A stretch of DNA of 64,000 nucleotides from Oscillospiraceae bacterium (GCA_036645935.1 JAVXNE010000001.1:384660-448659), one strand, 5' to 3'; shown: positions 49,206-60,515, counted from the first letter of the stretch. Made by a program: numbers and translations. Notes: generated by a model from the sequence alone, not told the origin.

Positions 49206-50945
49206 TTATGCAAACTGACTGTTATAAAGTGTGCGATACAGACCGTCATGTTGCATCAGCTGCTCATGAGTTCCGCTGTCCTCAATGCCCTCGTCCGTGA
49301 TGACAACTATCTCGTCTGAGCCCTGAACGGTTGACAGGCGATGGGCAACGACGATGGTCGTGCGACCCTCGCACAGCTCGTCCAGCTCGCGCTGCAGCTC
49401 AAACTCTGTCACGTTGTCGAGCGCGGAAGTTGCCTCGTCAAGGATGAGTACCTGTGGGTTTTTGAGGAATATACGCGCAATTGCAATGCGCTGCTTCTGC
49501 CCGCCCGACAGTCTGATTCCGCGCTCGCCTACCCATGTGTCGTAGCCGTCCGGCAGCGATTCGATAAAGCTGTCTATTTTGGCGCGCCGCGCGGCTTCTT
49601 CAATCTGCTCCCTGGTGGCATCCGCCCGCGCGTAGGCGATGTTGTCGGCTATCGTTCCGGTGAACAGAAAAACCTCCTGCTGCACGATTCCGACAAGTCT
49701 TCTGAGACTTGCGCGCGTTATCATTGAGAGATCTCGCCCACCAATCGTTATCTTTCCCGCCGATATGTCATAAAAGCGCGGTATGAGATGGCAGAGCGTC
49801 GTCTTGCCCGCACCCGAGGGACCAACCAGCGCAGTCTTTTTTCCGTTTTTCATAACGAGATTGACGTGGTTGAGCACGCGGGCGTCGCTGCCATATGTGA
49901 AGCTCACATCGTTGAAAACAATATCGCCATCCAGTTCCTCGGCGTCAACCGCAAGCAGACTTTCAGGCTCCGGCTGTGCGTCCATCACCTCGCAGAATCT
50001 CTTGAATCCGGTCTTGCCGTCCTCATACATTTCAACAAACTGCGTCAGTTTGCGAATTGGGTTGATGAACTGGCCTATATAGAGAAAATAAGCCGCAAAA
50101 TCGCCCATATCTATCTTGCCGTTAAAGTAGAAAAATCCTCCCGCAACGAGCACCACAAGGTACATGAGGTCGATGAAATAATACATCCATGAGTAGAACA
50201 CGGACATGGTTTTGTATGCGGCGTAGCGCGCCTCTTTGTAGTTGTCGATAGCGCGCGAGAACTTTTCGTTTTCCCCCTGCTCATTGTCGAATGCTTTGGC
50301 AACTCTGATTCCCGAAATGGAGTTGGACAGCTCCGCGTTAATATCGGAGGTCTTCTCTCTTGCGAGCGCAAAGCCGCGTTCCATGCGCGCTTGCATCTTC
50401 ACCATTATAAATATGAATATCGGCAAAAACGCGAATACTATAAGCGTGAGTGGGACGTTAACCGTGCACAGGACTGCAAAAGATCCCGCCATCATCATGA
50501 AAGACAGAAAAAAATACTCGGGTCCGTGATGGGCAAGCTCGGAGACGTCGTTTAAGTCGTTGACGATTCGGGACATGAGCGCGCCCGATTTGTTCTCGTC
50601 AAAATATGCAAACGGGAGCTTCTGCATGTGCGCGAAAACGTCGCCGCGCATGTCTCCCTGCATTCCGACTCCCAGCACATGCCCGTAATAGTTGACCACA
50701 TAATTAAGGCCGAGCTTCACAAGGTAGATGATGAACAGCACGCCGGCGTACACAAAAAGCAGCCTGAGCGCACGCGAGGGGACGACGTCATTGATGACCG
50801 TTCTCGTGATCATCGGATAGACGAGATCACACAGTGATATGATGAACGCGGCTATCATATCGATAACCATCAGTCCCTTGTATGGTTTATAATAGTGAAA
50901 AAATCGTTTTGTAAAGCTTGCGGGTTTCATAATTGCTCTTTTCAT
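49206..50945 (-). CDS. ABC exporter, fused permease-ATPase (MsbA/multidrug type)
   Basis: Six-TM N-terminal half; Walker A GPSGAGKTT; LSGGQKQRIAIAR signature; 579 aa. Confidence 0.85.
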   Translation of the reverse strand: MKRAIMKPASFTKRFFHYYKPYKGLMVIDMIAAFIISLCDLVYPMITRTVINDVVPSRALRLLFVYAGVLFIIYLVKLGLNYVVNYYGHVLGVGMQGDMRGDVFAHMQKLPFAYFDENKSGALMSRIVNDLNDVSELAHHGPEYFFLSFMMMAGSFAVLCTVNVPLTLIVFAFLPIFIFIMVKMQARMERGFALAREKTSDINAELSNSISGIRVAKAFDNEQGENEKFSRAIDNYKEARYAAYKTMSVFYSWMYYFIDLMYLVVLVAGGFFYFNGKIDMGDFAAYFLYIGQFINPIRKLTQFVEMYEDGKTGFKRFCEVMDAQPEPESLLAVDAEELDGDIVFNDVSFTYGSDARVLNHVNLVMKNGKKTALVGPSGAGKTTLCHLIPRFYDISAGKITIGGRDLSMITRASLRRLVGIVQQEVFLFTGTIADNIAYARADATREQIEEAARRAKIDSFIESLPDGYDTWVGERGIRLSGGQKQRIAIARIFLKNPQVLILDEATSALDNVTEFELQRELDELCEGRTTIVVAHRLSTVQGSDEIVVITDEGIEDSGTHEQLMQHDGLYRTLYNSQFA

Positions 50946-51559
50946 TTGTCATAGAAATTTCAAAACTGACTGATTTGTATTATAACATAGATTCACAGCG
51001 ATTTAACACCCTTTCGCCGCTTTTCGGCGTGTGCGCCGCCGATGTTCCGACCCGCGTTCCGTCGCTTTCTTCCGTCCTGGAATATTTACAGAGAAAATAG
51101 TGAGGTTCCGATATTTTTCAAACCTTTCCGCTATCGTCTCTTGTCCGGCGAGCTTCTCAAATTGCGGTCCTCTGAGCATTGTTTCACCGCCCAAAAGCTC
51201 AAACACCGCTGTCTTTTTCATCTGACCGATAACGGCAAATCTGCAATTATTCCACTAAAAATCCGTGCTTTGCTTTCTGAAAATTTCTTTCACTGCATGC
51301 GAACGAGAGAACAAACTCACTGAAACGGCACGTTATATTGCCGCGCTCGTTGAAAATCCATCTGCCCTTCGACACTCTTTTTAAACAGCTTTTAACCGCC
51401 GCCGACTCTCGCATGTCCGTTACCCGCACGCCAACCGTTGACTCTCCCGCGCCCACTCAAGATTTTATACAACGGGTCAATAAAAGGGAGCCTCGAAGCT
51501 CCCTTCTGTATGTTAATATGCCATTCCTGGCATCATCGAGTTTAAAAGCGCTCCGCGCT

Positions 51560-52009
51560 TTATTTCTTGAAAGACATTGCTCTGCGCGGATATCGTTCGT
51601 CCATGTGCGGAGATGTGATTATGAAATCTGCTGTCGCCTCGTTGTTGGCAATCGGTGTGTCGTAAACCTGCGCTATGCGAAGCAGAGCCTTGACGTCGGG
51701 ATCGTGCGGATGAGCGGAGAGCGGATCGGACAGAAATATTATCACGTCGACCTTGCCATCCACAATGCGAGCGCCGATCTGCTGATCACCGCCAAGCGGT
51801 CCGCTCTTGTATGCACGTACAGGGAGCCCTGTCTCCTCCGAGATAAGCCGTGCTGTCGTACCCGTCCCAATAAGAAAATGTTGCTCGAGGATGCTCTTGT
51901 TTCTGCGGCACCACTCGATCATTGCCGGTTTGAGATTGTCATGCGCTATGAGTGCGATATTTTTTTTCTTCTCCATTGGTCTTAAGACTTTCATGGTAAT
52001 TTCAGGCAT
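51560..52009 (-). CDS. mgsA: Methylglyoxal synthase
   Basis: ALIAHDNLKP...GTGTTA...GPLGGDQQIGA...HPHDPDV MgsA motifs. The ATG at 52009 (MPEIT) follows an AGGAGG SD; the track start is an extension. Confidence 0.85.
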   Translation of the reverse strand: MPEITMKVLRPMEKKKNIALIAHDNLKPAMIEWCRRNKSILEQHFLIGTGTTARLISEETGLPVRAYKSGPLGGDQQIGARIVDGKVDVIIFLSDPLSAHPHDPDVKALLRIAQVYDTPIANNEATADFIITSPHMDERYPRRAMSFKK

Positions 52010-52237
52010 ATATCTTCCTCCTTTCATATTCTTGACACGGTTGTTTTCCGTTAGTTGTATTATACCATGACTGTCAACTCGCACAAAATACAATTTACAT
52101 TTTCGTATGATTGCACAGTTTGCAAGCTTCAAAAACGTCTCTTTTTACAAGAACAGTTGTTTTTTACCATAAATTATGTATAATAAACTTGTGCTAAATA
52201 TTTTGCACTTAATTTAACCTGATGGGAGAAAAATGCA

Positions 52238-52873
52238 ATGAATAGAAACAAAATTCTTACTTCTTTTGCCGTGATGGCGCTGTTGTGCACGCTTGCGCTT
52301 GCGATTCCCAGCTGTAAAAGCAGCGAAGTGGCCCCACCGGATGATACCTCCCAAAATCAAGTCGATCCCGCAGCTGCAAAAACTCCGACACAGGACGAAG
52401 TTGTTGCAGCTTACAAGAAAGCTTCGACAGCCTATTCGTGGTTCGCGATCAACACAATACCCGTTGACGGAGAAAACCAGAAGAAAATCGGAGAGATGAC
52501 CTATCAACGCGTCAAATTTGAGGGTATTAACTCAATGGCGGAGTTGCGCAGCTATCTGCTCACCATGTTTACCGACGAGATGACCGCAAAGATTCTCGCT
52601 ATGGATTCTGATACCGCCAATCCCCGCTATCAGGATGTCGACGGCGTGTTGTACGCTCTGCCATCTGCCCGCGGCGCAAATATACTGTTGAGCGAAGAGA
52701 GGTTTTCCCTTGTTACCAAGGACGCCACCAATATAGTGCTTGTTGTCGAGGTCGATGAATATGACAACCCCGAGACAAAGAATATTGTCAACACGATCAA
52801 GCACGAGTTCAATTACACCGCCGTTGACGGTAAATCGGACTGGCGCTTCTCGACTTTCGAATCGGTATATTAG
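52238..52873 (+). CDS. Hypothetical lipoprotein
   Basis: Signal peptide with a cysteine (LALAIPSC); no recognisable catalytic motif; 211 aa. Confidence 0.55.
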   Translation: MNRNKILTSFAVMALLCTLALAIPSCKSSEVAPPDDTSQNQVDPAAAKTPTQDEVVAAYKKASTAYSWFAINTIPVDGENQKKIGEMTYQRVKFEGINSMAELRSYLLTMFTDEMTAKILAMDSDTANPRYQDVDGVLYALPSARGANILLSEERFSLVTKDATNIVLVVEVDEYDNPETKNIVNTIKHEFNYTAVDGKSDWRFSTFESVY

Positions 52874-53514
52874 TTGTATATCTGAGTCCCCGCATTGACG
52901 TTATCTATCATCAAGCTTCGCGTCCGCATCCTTTGAACTTCCGATTCCCGCTTTTGCAAGTCGAAACTTACCAAACTTAAATTTTGATTGCTCTTCAACA
53001 GTGTCCTCGACACCGTGCCATTAGGCTTTACCCGCGCTTTGAGCGCAGGTCTGTATCTTTGAATTTTGAATGTCTTTGCACAAAACCCGCGACACCATGT
53101 CGCGGGTTTTGTTTGTCTATTATTACAGATTCTTCGCTACGTTTTGCATGACAACGTTCAATCGAAAGCTGTCATTTCTGTTCGGATTCAATCGTGTTTT
53201 CAGTTGTTATGATGCAGAATTTTTTAATGCATGGGCATTCACCGCACATCCGACACGAAAATATTGTGTTTCTACTAACTTTAGGGGGCGCGCTCATATT
53301 CAAAATCTGATTGTATACACGGTCTATAGTTCTTTGGTAACCATAAAATAAAAAGATATAAAATTAATTTCCCCGCAAATTTCCACCGCCTGTTGAGTGC
53401 AAACATGAGGGATACGGACTTGCGTCTGATTTTTAGAAATGCTGGGTTTTCCTGCTTGCAACGGGCCAGTTTTGTTTCGAGAGGCAGAGCTTTGAGAACC
53501 GCCGGCAATTTTAA

Positions 53515-54114
53515 TCAGTCGGAGTTTTTCAGCGCGAGCACCTCACTTATTGCGTCTCGAAGCTCATCCTCGTCAACAGCGCGCGTCACCGAGCTGTACA
53601 GATTGCCCTCGCTGTCAACAATCACCGTGGTTGGAAGTCCCACTATCGAATATGCGCGCGTACCCTCCCCGAGAGTGTCGTAGTAAACGGGAAATGTGAA
53701 GCCGCTCTCGGCAATAAACCCCTTTGCCTTATCAACCGTCTCTCCTGAAGCTTCGTCGGTAGCGTTGAGCATAACAAAATGTACTTCGTCCCTAAATTCC
53801 TTATATACCGTTTCAAAATCCGGCATCTCCCGGCGGCAGTATCCACACCATGTTGCCCAAAAATTCAGCACGACCGGTTTTCCGCGCAGCGAGCTCAACG
53901 TCACTTCATTGCCATCAGAATCCATCGCTGTAAAGTCGGGCACCTCGATGGGGACAGCAGCGTCACCACCCTGCTCATTTTGTCCGCCACCCGCGTCCTC
54001 TGCCAGGTTCTCCAATCCAGCTTTGTCTTTTAGTGCCCTGTACCCAAACGCCGAAAGCGCCAACAGCGAAACTATCGCAAGCACCAGCAGCAATGTCTTT
54101 ATCGTTTTATTCAT
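53515..54114 (-). CDS. TlpA/ResA-like thiol-disulfide oxidoreductase (thioredoxin fold, membrane-anchored)
   Basis: N-terminal TM; WATWCGYC CxxC motif. The ATG at 54114 follows a GGAGA SD. Confidence 0.8.
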   Translation of the reverse strand: MNKTIKTLLLVLAIVSLLALSAFGYRALKDKAGLENLAEDAGGGQNEQGGDAAVPIEVPDFTAMDSDGNEVTLSSLRGKPVVLNFWATWCGYCRREMPDFETVYKEFRDEVHFVMLNATDEASGETVDKAKGFIAESGFTFPVYYDTLGEGTRAYSIVGLPTTVIVDSEGNLYSSVTRAVDEDELRDAISEVLALKNSD

Positions 54115-54125
54115 CTTAATCTCCA

Positions 54126-54835
54126 TCACAGTGTTATCGAATTCAGCAGTGCGCCCAGCCGGCCCGTCATCATCAGAATTCCCACGACAATGAGAAGTGC
54201 ACCGCAAACAACATTTACGCTTCGGTAGTTTTTCTTAATGAACGCAAACGTACCTTTCAGCCGATCTATCAGCAGCGCGCTCAGAACAAACGGGATACCC
54301 AATCCCAAAGAATAGACAAGCAGCATCAGCATCCCTCGCGCCGCCGTGCCCTGCTGTGAAGCGAGCAGCAATGCCGAGCCGAGAAAGGCGCCGACACATG
54401 GAGTCCAGCCAACCGCAAACACCGCTCCGAAAACCGCGGCCGAACCGAAACCCAACGGCCGAACCGAGCTGTTCAGACGAACTGAAGCGTTGAGAAATCC
54501 AATTTTGAGCACTCCAATGTAATTGAGTCCAAATACAATCACTATCGCCCCGCTCACAATGTTGACCGCTGTCTCGTGCTCGCGCAGCACCGTGCCCACC
54601 GTTCCCGCAAATGCACCAAGCAAAACAAACACCGCCGAAAAACCCAACACGAAACCCAGCGAATTCACGAGCGCGCGGGATGAGTTTTTGGGCTTGCCAT
54701 TCTGCGCCGAATCCGCCTCGCTCTGCGCGGTCTGCTCTCCGCCCGCAAAATAAGCGATGTAGATAGGAAGCATCGGGAGCAGGCAGGGCGAGATGAACGT
54801 TATTATTCCCTCTAAAAACGAGACCAGATACTGCA
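54126..54835 (-). CDS. ccdA: Cytochrome-c-biogenesis/thiol-disulfide transporter CcdA (DsbD-core family)
   Basis: FISPCLLPMLP and GWTPCVG conserved cysteine motifs; six TM segments. The ATG at 54835 follows an AAGGGGAG SD. Confidence 0.8.
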
Positions 54836-55329
54836 TATAACTCCCCTTAGTTTTTGCTGTCAAAACTGACCTGTCAATGCTCTTTATTATGATCCCTGCT
54901 GCCATATGCATACAGTCGAAGTTGAGTTTTAATATTCGTCTTTCCTGAAAAGCGCGTTCTGCACAGAGTTTGCGGCACAATCCATATTCACGCCGCCACG
55001 CAGCGACCGGTAAATCTCTGTTCGCGCTCCGCGCAAGCTGCGGAGCACACCCATCACGACTGTGTGTCGCTATCCGCGCGAGGCAGATTCTGCTTTTTAT
55101 GCTATGCTGCTTTTTAAAAATCCACAAACAAAGACAGACAGCAGCATCTGCCACCGAACGTGATTTGTCTCTCGCAATCATTCCCGCTCGAGATGTTCCA
55201 ATTATATTGATAACGGCACCCCCATGTCAACGCAAGGCGCTGCTCAATGTGACCGAATCACATTGAGTCGAGTTCAAAAGACCGAACTTTAAAAAACGCA
55301 CAATTTTATTTTGCCACAAGAGATTGTTC

Positions 55330-56270
55330 GCGGTCGATAGCCGGATTGCAGTCATCGGTGCGGGCTTTCTCTCTCTCGTGGGATTTCTCTCTCTCGTGGG
55401 CTTTCTCTCTCCCTCGCGGGATTTCTCTCTCTCGTGGGATTTCTCTCTCCCTCGCGGGATTTCTCTCTCCCTCGCGGGCTTTTTCGCTCTCTCGCGGGAT
55501 TTCTCTCTCCCTCTCGGGCTTTCTCTCTCGTGTGATTTCTCTCTCCCTCTCGGGCTTTCTCTCTCGTGTGATTTCTCTCTCCCTCTCGGGCTTTCTCTCT
55601 CGTGTGATTTCTCTCTCTCGTGGGATTTCTCTCACGTGGGGCTTCTCTCTCGTGGGCTTTCTCTCTCCCTCTCGGGCTTTCGCTCCCTCGCGGGACTTCT
55701 CTAGCGTGGGACTTCTCTCCCTCTCGGTTTTTCTCTCGCGTAGGCTTTCGCTCCCTCGCGGGTTTTCTCTCTCGCGTGGGTTTTCTCTCTCGCGTGGGTT
55801 TTCTCTCTCTCGTGGGCTTTTTCGCTCTCTCGTGGGCTTTTTCGCTCTCTCGTGGGCTTTTTCGCTCTCTCGTGGGCTTTTTCGCTCTCTCGTGGGCTTT
55901 CTCTCCCTCGTGGGACTTCTCTCTCGTGGGACTTCTCTCTCGTGGGACTTCTCTCTCGTGGGACTTCTCTCACGTAAGGCTTCTCTCTCACGCAGGTTTT
56001 CTCTCTCTCGTGGGCTTTCGCTCCCTCGCGGGACTTCTCTCTCGTGGGACTTCTCTCACGTGGGGCTTCTCTCTCACGCGGGATTTCTCTCTCTCGTGGG
56101 ATTTCTCTCACGTGGGGCTTCTCTCTCCCTCTCGGGCTTTCTCTCTCGCGGGATTTCTCTCTCCCTCTCGGGCTTTCTCTCTCGCGGGATTTCTCTCTCC
56201 CTCTCGGGCTTTCTCTCACGTGGGGCTTCTCTCGCGCGGGACTTCTCTCGCGCGGACAATTTTCTGACGC
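55330..56270. repeat. About 940-bp degenerate tandem minisatellite, pyrimidine-rich on the plus strand (units TCTCTC-TCGYGGG-MTTTC of 15-21 nt; higher-order periods 36 and 20 nt)
   Basis: Read directly from the sequence. Almost no A on the plus strand, so five of six frames are open, giving ER-rich (REREIPRERKPE) or SL-rich low-complexity ORFs. Confidence 0.85.
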
Positions 56271-56323
56271 TCGAGGTAAAAATGTGACAGATAATTAAAT
56301 GTTGAAAAATAAGTTAAAATGAC

Positions 56324-56491
56324 ATGAACAGAAAACATTTATCCCAACAAGAACTTGCTGAACTGGTGGGAGTTTCCAGTAATACAATTAGCTCCATAGA
56401 AACGGCCCGGTTTAATCCTACTGCTAAATTGGCACTTGCGCTATGCATTGCTCTTGATAAAAAGTTTGAGGCCTTGTTTTGCTTTTAATAA
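56324..56491 (+). CDS. Small XRE-family (Cro/CI-type) HTH transcriptional regulator, 55 aa
   Basis: MNRKHLSQQELAELVGVSSNTISSIETARFNPTAKLALALCIALDKKFEALFCF has the canonical HTH_3 core QxxLAxxxGVSxxxISxIE. It is below the ORF-track length cutoff and has a weak SD. Confidence 0.5.
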
Positions 56492-56562
56492 AATGATAAG
56501 TTTGCCATGTATATGTCACTCCCATCAGCTTCTTTTCGAGGGTAGCTGAGATAATCCTTATA

Positions 56563-56605
56563 ATCAATACCGCCCTTCTGATTTTCAAGTCAGTAGGGCG
56601 GTATT
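56563..56605 (+). terminator. Hairpin terminator after the XRE gene
   Basis: aataccgccct-N18-agggcggtatt followed by ttaaatt. Confidence 0.4.
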
Positions 56606-56857
56606 TTAAATTGCAGATCTATTCTTCCATAGTGCTTTCATCGGCTATCATTTAGCTGTAACGCCAAACGATTTTGGTTTCCGTAACCATCCTTATCCTG
56701 AAGAGCCTTACCGTCCGTTCCTCTTTATTCTTAATCGCAATGCGACTAAACCCGGCGGGCTGACACTGTCCTACTCAGCGTGCAAATCTTAGCGGATATA
56801 TTTTACCGCGCGTGATAACAGTGTGTGGCCAATTGAGCGTCGCCGTCAAAATTTCAT

Positions 56858-57667
56858 CTATGCTTTGAGCATGGCATAGTCGCCGATCTCCTCAAATCCG
56901 ATTTTTTTGTATATTGATGCGGCGACAGGGTTGTCATAAAAAATGCTGACAAATCCACGGCCGCGCGCGAGGCTGTCACGGCAAACCGCCGACACTGCCG
57001 CGCTCGCAAGCCCTCTTCCTCGCATGTCCTTGCGTGTTGCAACTCCGACTACCATTCCTCCTATGCTGCATCTCGCCGCTATTGCCGCCGTTGAGATCAG
57101 CTCTCCGCTCTCGTCAAACACCCCGAAGCAGCTGTCTGAACCACTGGCAAGCTCGGCGCGCTTTTCCTCAATGCGCTGTTCGAGTTTTCCGATATAGTCG
57201 TCGCGAAACTCGTCGATCTCACAAAAAAACGAAATTATCTTTTCGGCTTCCTGCGCTCTCATCGGCCTTATCAGCGCGCTCCCATAATTCAGCTCAAACC
57301 CATGTGCTTCACGGCAGCGCGCAAGACGCGTCATGCGCAACTGAGTGTGTTTGACATAAGGCGCAATCGCCGCCACCGTATCCGACTTGCCGCTTATCAT
57401 CTCAAAGCCGTGAGCAGACAAAAAATCCGCAAGCGCGCGTGAATCAAAATCCCCGTCGCGCGAATATATCACCCAGCTATTGTAAAACCGCAGCGCGATA
57501 CAGGTTATCGCGCCGCAATCACGCAAAGCAAAAACCTCCACATGCTCGGAATCAAAGCCGCAGTTTTCTGTGTCTCCGATTATAAACATGTTGTATTCCG
57601 GTTCGGCAAAAAGATATTCAAGCAGCGCCTCTCTGTTTTGTTCCCGGAGCTTTTCAATGTTTGTCAT
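56858..57667 (-). CDS. GNAT-family acetyltransferase (C-terminal GNAT fold)
   Basis: C-terminal QRGRGLA...FYDNPVAASIYKKIGFEE acetyltransferase motif. The start is assigned to MTNIEK because an upstream small ORF occupies 57676-57813. Confidence 0.6.
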   Translation of the reverse strand: MTNIEKLREQNREALLEYLFAEPEYNMFIIGDTENCGFDSEHVEVFALRDCGAITCIALRFYNSWVIYSRDGDFDSRALADFLSAHGFEMISGKSDTVAAIAPYVKHTQLRMTRLARCREAHGFELNYGSALIRPMRAQEAEKIISFFCEIDEFRDDYIGKLEQRIEEKRAELASGSDSCFGVFDESGELISTAAIAARCSIGGMVVGVATRKDMRGRGLASAAVSAVCRDSLARGRGFVSIFYDNPVAASIYKKIGFEEIGDYAMLKA

Positions 57668-57675
57668 GAGGTTAA

Positions 57676-57813
57676 CCCTTATTTGCCACCCTTTATTATC
57701 CTGGAAAATAGCCATACTGCCGCAAATACCAGTGCTGCGGCGAGAACGTAACTCGCTATCTGCTTCACCAGCGGTGGAAGACTGATGAGCGCTATGTAAT
57801 ATGTGGATGCCAT
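57676..57813 (-). CDS. Possible small hydrophobic protein (46 aa)
   Basis: AGGAGTG SD 5 nt before the ATG; MASTYYIALISLPPLVKQIASYVLAAALVFAAVWLFSRIIKGGK suggests a single TM helix. Confidence 0.3.
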
Positions 57814-58073
57814 GTTGTCACTCCTATGCCCACGCAAGCGAAGATTGCGCCGCGCGGACTGCTGTTTTTGTCATACTATCAAAAAGAGACTCAATTTACA
57901 ACAGCATTACTGCTGCGCGAAAAGCACTGAACCATCCCAAACTTCACTGCTGTTTTCATAGCAAACAGATATAAGACGTTGTCTTAAATGCGCGTTGGAT
58001 TGTTTGGCATAAAGGTAAACCGAAGAGGACGCCAAGGCGTCCTCTTCGACTGCGTTCTTAACTGGATGATTTT

Positions 58074-58904
58074 TTATCTTGCGATTGATTTGAACGCCGC
58101 AGCCTGCTCTTTGATCCCGCGCTCTGCTGCGAACCGCTCTATTGAAGACGCTCCAAAAAATCCGTCAATCTCCGGTATGCGACTGATTACATACTGCGCG
58201 TCGTCCGGCTCGGCTATCGGTCCGCCGTGGCAGATGACCATGACGTCGGGACGAACGGCCTTGGCTGCCTTGATGATGCCCTTGATGCGCTCGACGCAGT
58301 CGTCAAGTGTCAGTGCCGTCTTGGCGCCGATCGTGCCCTTTGTTGTAAGGCCCATGTGTGTGACGATTATATCGGCTCCCGCCTCGGCCATAGCCGCGCC
58401 CTGCTCATTGTCGAAAACGTAGGGGCATGTGAGCATATCAAGCTCATGCGCCTTGCGAACCATCTCGACCTCAAGGCCGTATCCCATGCCTGTCTCCTCG
58501 AGATTTGCGCGGAACACACCATCGATAAGTCCGACTGTCGGGAAGTTCTGCACGCCGTTAAATCCCTGTGCTTTGAGCTGTTTTAGATATACGTCCATCA
58601 CGCGGAAGGGGTCGGTGCCGCAGACACCCGCCAGCACGGGGGTGTGCTTGACAACGGGCAGAACTTCGGCGCCCATCTCGACCACTATTTGGTTCGCGTC
58701 GCCATAAGACAGAAGCCCGGACAACGAGCCGCGTCCCGCCATGCGGAAGCGTCCTGAGTTGTAGATGATGAGCATGTCCGCGCCGCCCGCTTCGCTGCTC
58801 TTCGCTGTTATTCCGGTGCCGGCGCCAACGCCGAGCAATATGCGTCCGTTCTTGCGCTCCTCACGGAATTTGGCGACTATCTCTTTCCTTGATTGGGTAT
58901 TCAT
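58074..58904 (-). CDS. Phosphoenolpyruvate-hydrolase-like TIM-barrel protein (homologue of the Tm-1 C-terminal domain; partner of UPF0261)
   Basis: TIM-barrel pattern; conserved blocks shared with the N-terminal domain of the 60516-61712 product ([18 protein letters not shown] versus GADLILALSAGKFRIMGR; [15 protein letters not shown] versus FSGIVNFPTVCLIDG). The ATG at 58904 follows an AAAGGAG SD. Confidence 0.7.
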   Translation of the reverse strand: MNTQSRKEIVAKFREERKNGRILLGVGAGTGITAKSSEAGGADMLIIYNSGRFRMAGRGSLSGLLSYGDANQIVVEMGAEVLPVVKHTPVLAGVCGTDPFRVMDVYLKQLKAQGFNGVQNFPTVGLIDGVFRANLEETGMGYGLEVEMVRKAHELDMLTCPYVFDNEQGAAMAEAGADIIVTHMGLTTKGTIGAKTALTLDDCVERIKGIIKAAKAVRPDVMVICHGGPIAEPDDAQYVISRIPEIDGFFGASSIERFAAERGIKEQAAAFKSIAR

Positions 58905-58974
58905 CGTATAAACTCCTTTTAAATTTATTATATTCACGGCCGTTTCGGTCGCGTTGGGTGGATTGATCTCAGGA

Positions 58975-60192
58975 TTATTTGTCCAACATCGAGATGAGCT
59001 TATCAGCCATCGCGACGGCGAACGCGTCATCGTTAACGTCGGTGTCGAGCTCAACTATCTCAACCCCGGGATTTTTTATGCCCGAACGAAGTGCATCGAA
59101 CAGTTCCTTGTCCGCTTCGGCATCATAGAAAGGCTGTCCCTCGACCGCGATCATCGAAACACCCTTGAGCGGCAGGAAAAGCGCAGTCTTTTTCTTCGCA
59201 AGATTCAGCTTTTCCGCAAGCTTTTGTCCGAGCTTTTTGCACTCGGCCGCTGTCGTGCGCATGAGTGTCACGGTCGGGTTGTGTTTGTAGAGATTGCGAC
59301 CCTTATGCTCGGCGGGAACGGTGTCTATCGGTCCGAAATTCACCATGTCCATGGCGCCGACCGACACAACCTGCGGTATTCCCATTTTTGAGGCAGCCTC
59401 GCTGCGATGCTCACCCGCCGAAAGAACTCCGCCAAACAATTCGTCGCACCACTCGGTCGTGGTGACGTCGAGCACTCCGTCAAAGAACCCGGCCTCGACA
59501 AGGCTCTCAAAACAACGTCCGCCGGTGCCCGTCGCGTGGAAGACCACAACGTCGTAGCCCTTGCCCTCAAGATATTCTTTTGCTTTTGTAACACATGGGG
59601 TGGTCACGCCGAACATCGTCGCGCCGATAGTCGGTCTTTTGGCTCCGACACTCTCTTTAATTCTGTCTTTAAACTCGAGCATTCCCGCGGCCGCCATCAC
59701 CGCATTTTTGAAAATTGTGCGGGATATCTCATTGAGACCCGCAACGTCGACAATTGAAGGAATCATCATTATGTCGCTCGTGCCGACATACTGCTCCACG
59801 TTACCGGAAGCCATCGTGCTGACCATTATCTTAGGAACACCAACCGGAAGCGCACGCATGGCGGGTGTTGCGAGCGAAGTTCCGCCCGATCCGCCGAGTG
59901 AGAGAATTCCGTCAAATCTGCCCTCTTTGTACAGACGCGGCACAATTTTTTCCATGCCGCTCGCGAGAGCCTCCGTGCCGAGTGCGCGGTCTTTCTTTTT
60001 CGCTATCTCGGCGATATCATACCCCGCCTCCTTAGCGACGTCGACGTTGGAAACGTCGGGTGTGAATTTCGGCTCAAAAACCCCCGTGTGGATCATGTAT
60101 GTCTTGAGCCCCAGCTGCTCGGCGATATCCTTTATATAGAGATACTCGTCGGCTTTTGAGTCGAACGTACCGCATATTGCCAGTGTTTTCAT
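58975..60192 (-). CDS. UPF0261-family protein (Tm-1-like N-terminal domain)
   Basis: 405 aa with a flavodoxin-like / UPF0261 pattern ([16 protein letters not shown]...); typically found paired with the TIM-barrel partner. Confidence 0.7.
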   Translation of the reverse strand: MKTLAICGTFDSKADEYLYIKDIAEQLGLKTYMIHTGVFEPKFTPDVSNVDVAKEAGYDIAEIAKKKDRALGTEALASGMEKIVPRLYKEGRFDGILSLGGSGGTSLATPAMRALPVGVPKIMVSTMASGNVEQYVGTSDIMMIPSIVDVAGLNEISRTIFKNAVMAAAGMLEFKDRIKESVGAKRPTIGATMFGVTTPCVTKAKEYLEGKGYDVVVFHATGTGGRCFESLVEAGFFDGVLDVTTTEWCDELFGGVLSAGEHRSEAASKMGIPQVVSVGAMDMVNFGPIDTVPAEHKGRNLYKHNPTVTLMRTTAAECKKLGQKLAEKLNLAKKKTALFLPLKGVSMIAVEGQPFYDAEADKELFDALRSGIKNPGVEIVELDTDVNDDAFAVAMADKLISMLDK

Positions 60193-60515
60193 AAGCGCTC
60201 CTTTCGTTATTGACGGAAGCTGAGTGTGGTATGGTGGAATATTAACAATATTATTATATATTGTTGAAACAATTTTGTTAATGTGCTGCCGCTATCAATT
60301 TTTGTGCTTTTCTTGTCCGCGCGCCCTCGGCCGTCCTCATCCTCTTGTGGTTTTATTGTAATGTGTTTATATAACAACAAGAGTCGCGCTTAACAGCACA
60401 TACTGACACCTGCGAACTATCGGGGCAGCACACTCGCTCGGGCGCATCGATGCAACTGCGTGTTTTTGAGTGGCCGCCGCATCTTTTCGCTATCTCGGAC
60501 GGAGCAGAAAGGGAA

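Noticed and set aside
55330-56270. CRISPR array
   Set aside because: The repeat units abut directly with no unique spacers, the units are 15-21 nt and degenerate, and no cas genes are nearby.
55346-56287. 313-aa SL-rich ORF and the opposing ER-rich ORFs treated as real genes
   Set aside because: The frames are open only because the repeat array lacks adenine. There is no ATG or SD, and the unit lengths are not consistently multiples of 3. The coding alternative is kept only as a hypothesis in the findings.
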